Of a DNA stretch of 64,000 nucleotides, positions 1 through 10,699 are shown in pieces (the stretch's first letter is position 1; each line of letters begins with the position of its first letter). Source of the DNA: Paragordius varius (Eukaryota > Animalia > Nematomorpha). The position numbers and the translations under genes are program-made. The stretch covers positions 12,958,001 to 13,022,000 of the forward strand of contig OZ176052.1 of assembly GCA_964247055.1 (NCBI GenBank). The letters run 5' to 3'. The notes below the pieces were generated by a model, which saw only the letters and a list, made by a program, of their open reading frames with translations, was not told where the DNA came from and did no database searches.

Positions 1-76
1 ACTTTAAAAAATTGATGTATTAAACTAGTCGCATCAATACTCAAGTTAAATTTTGTCCTTAAAAATCGGATATTGG

Positions 77-86
77 TCACCGGTGA
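77..86. other. Perfect 10-bp palindrome TCACCGGTGA in each monomer (contains AgeI ACCGGT and SgrAI CACCGGTG; overlaps BstEII GGTCACC); first copy shown
   Basis: Self-complementary. It extends to TTG-g-TCACCGGTGA-a-CAA with one mismatched pair. Confidence 0.97.
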
Positions 87-140
87 ACAAAATTATTTTT
101 TATACATTCTCTTAGCAAGACTACATCAAAATTTAGAGAT

Positions 141-153
141 AGTTTGACAAACT
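141..153. other. Odd palindrome AGTTTG-(A/G)-CAAACT in each monomer; first copy shown
   Basis: 6-bp arms around one central base. A second odd palindrome, AAGTT-A-AACTT, lies upstream in the consensus. Confidence 0.95.
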
Positions 154-179
154 CTTTCATATCCGATTTTTACAACGAT

Positions 180-370
180 ACTTTAAAAATTAATGTATAA
201 AAGTAGTCGCATCAATAAATCGCATCAATACTCAAGTTAAACTTTGTCCTTAAAAATCGGATATTGGTCACCGGTGAACAAAATAATTTTTTATACATTC
301 TCTTAGTAAGACTACATCAAAATATAGAGATAGTTTGACAAACTCTTTCATATCCGATTTTTACAACGAT
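180..370 (+). repeat. 191-bp monomer variant with a 13-bp internal tandem duplication (TCGCATCAATA-AA-TCGCATCAATA); recurs throughout the window
   Basis: Monomer starts at 180 and 371 are 191 bp apart. A near-perfect tandem form AGTCGTATCAATA/AGTCGCATCAATA is at 577-602. Confidence 0.95.
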
Positions 371-1649
371 ACTTTATATAAAACTAGTCGTATCAATAAA
401 TCGCATCAATACTCAAGTTAAACTTTGTCCTTAAATATCGGATATTGGTCACCGGTGAACAAAATAATTTTTTATACATTCTCTTAGTAAGACTACATCA
501 AAATATAGAGATAGTTTGGCAAACTCTTTCATATCCGATTTTTACAACGATACTTTTAAAATTAATGTATTAAACTAGTCGTATCAATAAGTCGCATCAA
601 TACTCAAGTTAAACTTTGTCCTTAAAAATCGGATATCGGTCACCGGTGAACAAAATTATTTTTTATACATTCTCTTAGCAAGACTATATCAAAATATGGA
701 GATAGTTTGACAAACTCTTTCATATCCGATTTTTACAACGATACTTTATAAATTAATGTATAAAACTAGTCGCATCAATACTCAAATTAAACTTTGTCCT
801 TAAAAATCGGATATTGGTCACCGGTGAACAAAATTATTTTTTATATATTCTCTTAGCAAGACTACATCAAAATATAGAGATAGTTTGACAATCTCTTTCA
901 TATCCGATTTTTACAACGATACTTTAAAAAATTGATGTATTAAACTAGTCGCATCAATACTCAAGTTAAATTTTGTCCTTAAAAATCGGATATTGGTCAC
1001 CGGTGAACAAAATTATTTTTTATACATTCTCTTAGTAAGACTACATCAAAATATAGAGATAGTTTGGCAAACTCTTTCATATCCGATTTTTACAATGATA
1101 CTTTAAAAATTAATGTATAAAACTAGTCGCATCAATACTCAAGTTAAACTTTGTCCTTAAAAATCGAATATTGGTCACCGGTGAACAAAATAATTTTTTT
1201 ACATTCTCTTAGTAGGACTACATCAAAATATAGAGATAGTTTGACAAACTCTTTCATATCCGATTTTTACAACGATACTTTAAAAATTAATGTATAAAAG
1301 TTGTCGCATCAATAAATCGCATCAATACTCAAGTTAAACTTTGTCCTTAAAAATCGGATATTGGTCACCGGTGAACAAAATAATTTTTTATACATTCTCT
1401 TAGTAAGACTACATCAAAATATAGAGATAGTTTGACAAACTCTTTCATATCCGATTTTTACAACGATACTTTATATAAAACTTGTCGTATCAATAAATCG
1501 CATCAATACTCAAGTTAAACTTTGTCCTTAAATATCGGATATTGGTCACCGGTGAACAAAATAATTTTTTATACATTCTCTTAGTAAGACTACATCAAAA
1601 TATAGAGATAGTTTGGCAAACTCTTTCATCCGATTTTTACAACGATGCT

Positions 1650-4600
1650 TTAAAAATTAATGTATAAAACTAGTCGCATCAATACTCAAGTCAAACTTTG
1701 TCCTTAAAAATCGAATATTGGTCACCGGTGAACAAAATTATTTTTTATACATTCTCTTATTAACTACATCAAAATATAGAGATAGTTTGACAAACTCTTT
1801 CATATCCGATTTTAACAACGATACTTTAAAAATTACTGTATTAAACTAGTCGTATCAATACTCAAGTTAAACTTTGTCCTTAAAATTCGAATATTGGTTA
1901 CCGGTGAACAAAATTATTTTTTATACATTCTCTTAGTAAGACTACATCAAAATATAGAGATAGTTTGGCAAACTCTTTCATATCCGATTTTTACAACGAT
2001 ACTTTAAAAATTAATGTATAAAACTGGTCGCATCAATACTCAAGTTAATTTGTCCTTAAAAATCGGATATTGGTCACCGGTGAACAAAATAATTTTTTAT
2101 ACATTCTCTTAGTAAGACTACATCAAAATATAGAGATAGTTTGGCAAACTCTTTCATCCGATTTTTACAACGATACTTTAAAAATTAATGTATAAAACTA
2201 GTCGCATCAATACACAAGTTAAACTTTGTCCTTAAAAATCGAATATTGGTCACCGGTGAACAAAATTATTTTTTATACATTCTCTTAGTAAGACTACATC
2301 AAAATATAGAGATAGTTTGGCAAACTCTTTCATATCCGATTTTTACAACGATACTTTAAAAATTAATGTATAAAACTAGTCGCATCAATACTCAAGTTAT
2401 ACTTTGTCTTTAAAAACCGGATATTGGTCACCGGTGAACAAAATTATTTTTTATACATTCTCTTAGTAGGACTACATCAAAATATAGAGATAATTTGGCA
2501 AACTCTTTCATATCCGATTTTTACAACGATACTTTAAAAATTAATGTATAAAACTAGTCGTATCAATAACATCAATACTCAAGTTAAACTTTGTCCTTAA
2601 AAATCGGATATTGGTCACCGGTGAACAAAATTATTTTTTATACATTCTCTTAGTAGGACTACACAAAATATAGAAATAGTTTGGCAAACTCTTTCATATC
2701 CTATTTTTACAACGTTATTTTAAAAATTATGGTATTAAACCAGTCGCATCAATACTCTAGTTAAACTTTGTCCTTAAAAATCGAATATTGGTCACCGGTG
2801 AACAAAATTATTTTTTATACATTCTCTTAGTAAGACTACATCAAAATATAGAGATAGTTTACCAAACTCTTTCATATCCGATTTTTACAACGATACTTTA
2901 AAAATTAATGTATAAAACTAGTCGCATCAATACTCAAGTTAAACTTTGTCCTTAAAAATCGAATATTGGTCACCGGTGAACAAAATAATTTTTTTACATT
3001 CTCTTAGTAGGACTACATCAAAATATAGAGATAGTTTGGCAAACTCTTTCATATCCGATTTTTACAACGATACTTTAAAAATTAATGTATAAAACTAGTC
3101 GCATCAATACTCAAGTTAAACTTTGTCCTTAAAAATCGGATATTGGTCACCGGTGAACAAAATTATTTTTTATACATTCTCTTAGTAAGACTACATCAAA
3201 ATATAGAAATAATTTGACAAACTCTTTCATATCCGATTTTTACAACGATACTTTAAAAATTATGGTATTAAACCAGTCGCATCAATACTCTAGTTAAACT
3301 TTGTCCTTAAAAATCGGATATTGGTCACCGGTGAACAAAATTATTTTTTATACATTCTCGTATTAACTACATCAAAATATAGAGATAGTTTGACAAACTC
3401 TTTCATATCCGATTTTTACAACGATACTTTAAAAATTACTGTATTAAACTAGTCTTATCAATGCTCAAGTTAAACTTTGTCCTTAAAAATCGGATATTGG
3501 TCACCGGTGAACAAATTATTTTTTATACATTCTCTTAGTAGGACTACATCAAAATATAGAGATAGTTTGGCAAACTCTTTCATATCCGATTTTTACGATA
3601 CTATAAAAATTAATGTATAAAACTAGTCGCATCAATACTCAAGTTAAACTTTGTCCTTAAAAATCGAATATTGGTCCCCGGTGAACAAAAGAATTTTTTA
3701 TACATTTTCTTATTAAGACCACATCAAAAAATAGAGATAGTTTGACAAACTCTTTCATATCCGATTTTTACAACGATACTTTAAAAATTAATGTATAAAA
3801 CTAGTGGCATCAATACTCAAGTTAAACTTTGTCCTTAAAAATCGGATATTGGTCACCGGTGAACAAAATTATTTTTTATACATTCTCTTATTAACTACAT
3901 CAAAATATAGAGATAGTTTGACAAACTCTTTCATATCCGATTTTAACAACGATACTTTAAAAATTACTGTATTAAACTAGTCGTATCAATACTCAAGTTA
4001 AACTTTGTCCTTAAAAATCGAATATTGGTTAACGGTGAACAAAATTATTTTTTATACATTCTCTTATTAACTACATCAAAATATAGAGATAGTTTGACAA
4101 ACTCTTTCATATCCGATTTTAACAACGATACTTTAAAAATTACTGTATTAAACTAGTCGTATCAATACTCAGGTTAAACTTTGTCCTTAAAATTCGAATA
4201 TTGGTTACCGGTGAACAAAATTATTTTTTATACATTCTCTTAGTAAGACTACATCAAAATATAGAGATAGTTTGGCAAACTCTTTCATCCGATTTTTACA
4301 ACGATACTTTAAAAATTAATGTATAAAACTAGTCGCATCAATACTCAAGTCAAACTTTGTCCTTAAAAATCGAATATTGGTCACCGGTGAACAAAATTAT
4401 TTTTTATACATTCTCTTATTAACTACATCAAAATATAGAGATAGTTTGACAAACTCTTTCATATCCGATTTTAACAACGATACTTTAAAAATTACTGTAT
4501 TAAACTAGTCGTATCAATACTCAAGTTAAACTTTGTCCTTAAAATTCGAATATTGGTTACCGGTGAACAAAATTATTTTTTATACATTCTCTTAGTAAGA

Positions 4601-6845
4601 CTACATCAAAATATAGAGATAGTTTGGCAAACTCTTTCATATCCGATTTTTACAACGATACTTTAAAAATTAATGTATAAAACTGGTCGCATCAATACTC
4701 AAGTTAATTTGTCCTTAAAAATCGGATATTGGTCACCGGTGAACAAAATAATTTTTTATACATTCTCTTAGTAAGACTACATCAAAATATAGAGATAGTT
4801 TGGCAAACTCTTTCATCCGATTTTTACAACGATACTTTAAAAATTAATGTATAAAACTAGTCGCATCAATACACAAGTTAAACTTTGTCCTTAAAAATCG
4901 AATATTGGTCACCGGTGAACAAAATTATTTTTTATACATTCTCTTAGTAAGACTACATCAAAATATAGAGATAGTTTGGCAAACTCTTTCATATCCGATT
5001 TTTACAACGATACTTTAAAAATTAATGTATAAAACTAGTCGCATCAATACTCAAGTTATACTTTGTCTTTAAAAACCGGATATTGGTCACCGGTGAACAA
5101 AATTATTTTTTATACATTCTCTTAGTAGGACTACATCAAAATATAGAGATAATTTGGCAAACTCTTTCATATCCGATTTTTACAACGATACTTTAAAAAT
5201 TAATGTATAAAACTAGTCGTATCAATAACATCAATACTCAAGTTAAACTTTGTCCTTAAAAATCGGATATTGGTCACCGGTGAACAAAATTATTTTTTAT
5301 ACATTCTCTTAGTAGGACTACACAAAATATAGAAATAGTTTGGCAAACTCTTTCATATCCTATTTTTACAACGTTATTTTAAAAATTATGGTATTAAACC
5401 AGTCGCATCAATACTCTAGTTAAACTTTGTCCTTAAAAATCGAATATTGGTCACCGGTGAACAAAATTATTTTTTATACATTCTCTTAGTAAGACTACAT
5501 CAAAATATAGAGATAGTTTACCAAACTCTTTCATATCCGATTTTTACAACGATACTTTAAAAATTAATGTATAAAACTAGTCGCATCAATACTCAAGTTA
5601 AACTTTGTCCTTAAAAATCGAATATTGGTCACCGGTGAACAAAATAATTTTTTTACATTCTCTTAGTAGGACTACATCAAAATATAGAGATAGTTTGGCA
5701 AACTCTTTCATATCCGATTTTTACAACGATACTTTAAAAATTAATGTATAAAACTAGTCGCATCAATACTCAAGTTAAACTTTGTCCTTAAAAATCGGAT
5801 ATTGGTCACCGGTGAACAAAATTATTTTTTATACATTCTCTTAGTAAGACTACATCAAAATATAGAAATAATTTGACAAACTCTTTCATATCCGATTTTT
5901 ACAACGATACTTTAAAAATTATGGTATTAAACCAGTCGCATCAATACTCTAGTTAAACTTTGTCCTTAAAAATCGGATATTGGTCACCGGTGAACAAAAT
6001 TATTTTTTATACATTCTCGTATTAACTACATCAAAATATAGAGATAGTTTGACAAACTCTTTCATATCCGATTTTTACAACGATACTTTAAAAATTACTG
6101 TATTAAACTAGTCGTATCAATGCTCAAGTTAAACTTTGTCCTTAAAAATCGGATATTGGTCACCGGTGAACAAATTATTTTTTATACATTCTCTTAGTAG
6201 GACTACATCAAAATATAGAGATAGTTTGGCAAACTCTTTCATATCCGATTTTTACGATACTATAAAAATTAATGTATAAAACTAGTCGCATCAATACTCA
6301 AGTTAAACTTTGTCCTTAAAAATCGAATATTGGTCCCCGGTGAACAAAAGAATTTTTTATACATTTTCTTATTAAGACCACATCAAAAAATAGAGATAGT
6401 TTGACAAACTCTTTCATATCCGATTTTTACAACGATACTTTAAAAATTAATGTATAAAACTAGTGGCATCAATACTCAAGTTAAACTTTGTCCTTAAAAA
6501 TCGGATATTGGTCACCGGTGAACAAAATTATTTTTTATACATTCTCTTATTAACTACATCAAAATATAGAGATAGTTTGACAAACTCTTTCATATCCGAT
6601 TTTAACAACGATACTTTAAAAATTACTGTATTAAACTAGTCGTATCAATACTCAAGTTAAACTTTGTCCTTAAAAATCGAATATTGGTTAACGGTGAACA
6701 AAATTATTTTTTATACATTCTCTTATTAACTACATCAAAATATAGAGATAGTTTGACAAACTCTTTCATATCCGATTTTAACAACGATACTTTAAAAATT
6801 ACTGTATTAAACTAGTCGTATCAATACTCAGGTTAAACTTTGTCC
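1650..6845 (+). repeat. Higher-order repeat: 15-monomer unit, period 2,659 bp, two tandem copies
   Basis: Private variants recur at +2659: AGTCAAAC 1692/4351, AAACTGG 2021/4680, TACACAAG 2211/4870, AAAAACCGG 2412/5071, CTATAAAA 3601/6260, AGGTTAAAC 4171/6830. Confidence 0.93.
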
Positions 6846-9800
6846 TTAAAAATCGAATATTGGTTAACGGTGAACAAAATTATTTTTTATACATTCTCTT
6901 AGTAAGACTACATCAAAATATTAAGATAATTTGGCAAACTCTTTCATATCCGATTTTTACAACGATATTTTAAAAATTAATGTATAAAACTAGTCGTATC
7001 AATAACATCAATACTCAAGTTAAACTTTGTCCTTAAAAATCTGATATTGGTCACCGGTGAACAAATTATTTTTTATACATTCTCTTAGTAGGACTACATC
7101 AAAATATAGAGATAGTTTGGCAAACTCTTTCATATCCGATTTTTACAACGATACTTTAAAAATTAATGTATAAAACAAGTCGCATCAATACTCAAGTTAA
7201 ACTTTGTCCTTAAAAATCGAATATTGGTCACCGGTGAACAAAAGAATTTTTTATACATTTTCTTATTAAGACTACATCAAAAAATAGAGATAGTTTGACA
7301 AACTCTTTCATATCCGATTTTTACAACGATACTTTAAAAATTAATGTATAAAACTAGTGGCATCAATACTCAAGTTAAACTTTGTCCTTAAAAATCGGAT
7401 ATTGGTCACCGGTGAACAAAATTATTTTTTATACATTCTGTTATTAACTACATCAAAATATAGAGATAGTTTGACAAACTCTTTCATATCCGATTTTTAC
7501 AACGATACTTTAAAAATTACTGTATTAAACTAGTCGTATCAATACTCAAGTTAAACTTTGTCCTTAAAAATCGAATATTGGTTACCGGTGAACAAAATTA
7601 TTTTTTATACATTCTCTTAGTAAGACTACATCAAAATATAGAGATAGTTTGGCAAACTCTTTCATATCCGATTTTTACAACGATACTTTAAAAATTAATG
7701 TATAAAACTAGTCGCATCAATACTCAAGTTAAACTTTGTCCTTAAAAATCGGATATTGGTCACCGGTGAACAAAAATTTTTTATACATTCTCTTAGTAAG
7801 ACTACATCAAAATATAGAGATAGTTTGGCAAACTCTTTCATCCGATTTTTACAACGATACTTTAAAAATTAATGTATAAAACTAGTCGCATCAATACTCA
7901 AGTTAAACTTTGTCCTTAAAAATCGAATATTTATCACCGGTGAACAAAATTATTTTTTATACATTCTCTTAGTAAGACTACATCAAAATATAGAGATAGT
8001 TTGGCAAACTCTTTCATATCCGATTTTTACAACGATACTTTAAAAATTAATGTATAAAACTAGTCGCATCAATACTCAAGTTAAACTTTGTCCTTAAAAA
8101 TCGAATATTGGTCACCGGTGAACAAAATAATTTTTTTACATTCTCTTAGTAGGACTACATCAAAATATAGAGATAGTTTGGCAAACTCTTTCATATCCGA
8201 TTTTTACAACGATACTTTAAAAATTAATGTATAAAACTAGTCGCATCAATACTCAAGTTAAACTTTGTCCTTAAAAATCGGATATTGGTCACCGGTGAAC
8301 AAAATTATTTTTTATACATTCTCTTAGTAAGACTACATCAAAATATAGAAATAATTTGACAAACTCTTTCATATCCGATTTTTACAACGATACTTTAAAA
8401 ATTATGGTATTAAACCAGTCGCATCAATACTCTAGTTAAACTTTGTCCTTAAAAATCGGATATTGGTCACCGGTGAACAAAATTATTTTTTATACATTCT
8501 CGTATTAACTACATCAAAATATAGAGATAGTTTGACAAACTCTTTCATATCCGATTTTTACAACGATACTTTAAAAATTACTGTATTAAACTAGTCGTAT
8601 CAATGCTCAAGTTAAACTTTGTCCTTAAAAATCGGATATTGGTCACCGGTGAACAAATTATTTTTTATACATTCTCTTAGTAGGACTACATCAAAATATA
8701 GAGATAGTTTGGCAAACTCTTTCATATCCGATTTTTACGATACTATAAAAATTAATGTATAAAACTAGTCGCATCAATACTCAAGTTAAACTTTGTCCTT
8801 AAAAATCGAATATTGGTCCCCGGTGAACAAAAGAATTTTTTATACATTTTCTTATTAAGACCACATCAAAAAATAGAGATAGTTTGACAAACTCTTTCAT
8901 ATCCGATTTTTACAACGATACTTTAAAAATTAATGTATAAAACTAGTGGCATCAATACTCAAGTTAAACTTTGTCCTTAAAAATCGGATATTGGTCACCG
9001 GTGAACAAAATTATTTTTTATACATTCTCTTATTAACTACATCAAAATATAGAGATAGTTTGACAAACTCTTTCATATCCGATTTTAACAACGATACTTT
9101 AAAAATTACTGTATTAAACTAGTCGTATCAATACTCAAGTTAAACTTTGTCCTTAAAAATCGAATATTGGTTAACGGTGAACAAAATTATTTTTTATACA
9201 TTCTCTTATTAACTACATCAAAATATAGAGATAGTTTGACAAACTCTTTCATATCCGATTTTAACAACGATACTTTAAAAATTACTGTATTAAACTAGTC
9301 GTATCAATACTCAGGTTAAACTTTGTCCTTAAAAATCGAATATTGGTTAACGGTGAACAAAATTATTTTTTATACATTCTCTTAGTAAGACTACATCAAA
9401 ATATTAAGATAATTTGGCAAACTCTTTCATATCCGATTTTTACAACGATATTTTAAAAATTAATGTATAAAACTAGTCGTATCAATAACATCAATACTCA
9501 AGTTAAACTTTGTCCTTAAAAATCTGATATTGGTCACCGGTGAACAAATTATTTTTTATACATTCTCTTAGTAGGACTACATCAAAATATAGAGATAGTT
9601 TGGCAAACTCTTTCATATCCGATTTTTACAACGATACTTTAAAAATTAATGTATAAAACAAGTCGCATCAATACTCAAGTTAAACTTTGTCCTTAAAAAT
9701 CGAATATTGGTCACCGGTGAACAAAAGAATTTTTTATACATTTTCTTATTAAGACTACATCAAAAAATAGAGATAGTTTGACAAACTCTTTCATATCCGA

Positions 9801-10630
9801 TTTTTACAACGATACTTTAAAAATTAATGTATAAAACTAGTGGCATCAATACTCAAGTTAAACTTTGTCCTTAAAAATCGGATATTGGTCACCGGTGAAC
9901 AAAATTATTTTTTATACATTCTGTTATTAACTACATCAAAATATAGAGATAGTTTGACAAACTCTTTCATATCCGATTTTTACAACGATACTTTAAAAAT
10001 TACTGTATTAAACTAGTCGTATCAATACTCAAGTTAAACTTTGTCCTTAAAAATCGAATATTGGTTACCGGTGAACAAAATTATTTTTTATACATTCTCT
10101 TAGTAAGACTACATCAAAATATAGAGATAGTTTGGCAAACTCTTTCATATCCGATTTTTACAACGATACTTTAAAAATTAATGTATAAAACTAGTCGCAT
10201 CAATACTCAAGTTAAACTTTGTCCTTAAAAATCGGATATTGGTCACCGGTGAACAAAAATTTTTTATACATTCTCTTAGTAAGACTACATCAAAATATAG
10301 AGATAGTTTGGCAAACTCTTTCATCCGATTTTTACAACGATACTTTAAAAATTAATGTATAAAACTAGTCGCATCAATACTCAAGTTAAACTTTGTCCTT
10401 AAAAATCGAATATTTATCACCGGTGAACAAAATTATTTTTTATACATTCTCTTAGTAAGACTACATCAAAATATAGAGATAGTTTGGCAAACTCTTTCAT
10501 ATCCGATTTTTACAACGATACTTTAAAAATTAATGTATAAAACTAGTCGCATCAATACTCAAGTTAAACTTTGTCCTTAAAAATCGAATATTGGTCACCG
10601 GTGAACAAAATAATTTTTTTACATTCTCTT
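5525..10630 (+). repeat. Higher-order repeat: 14-monomer unit, period 2,483 bp, two tandem copies, overlapping the 15-mer duplication
   Basis: Variants recur at +2483: CTATAAAA 6260/8743, TTAAGAT 6921/9404, CTGATATT 7041/9524, TTTATCACC 7933/10416. Confidence 0.93.
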
Positions 10631-10699
10631 AGCAAGACTACATCAAAATACAGAGATAGTTTGACAAACTCTTTCATATCCGATTTTTACAACGATACT

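Larger units (their letters stand above)
60..172. other. Perfect 14-bp inverted repeat within each monomer (TAAAAATCGGATAT ... ATATCCGATTTTTA); first copy shown
   Basis: Arm 1 at 60-73 and arm 2 at 159-172 are exact reverse complements, 85 bp apart. Many copies carry a TCGG>TCGA change in arm 1. Confidence 0.97.

Noticed and set aside
15-30. TATA-like promoter (TATAAAA) in many monomers
   Set aside because: Expected by chance in 72% AT sequence, polymorphic (TATTAAA in many copies), and with no downstream gene.
60-172. MITE or transposon call from the 14-bp inverted repeat
   Set aside because: No target-site duplication, transposase or isolated copy in the window. Kept only as a hypothesis for the satellite's origin.
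1-179. Phased A-tracts implying intrinsic curvature
   Set aside because: A/T tracts are abundant, but by eye their spacing is irregular and not a clear 10-11 bp period. A curvature calculation would be needed.
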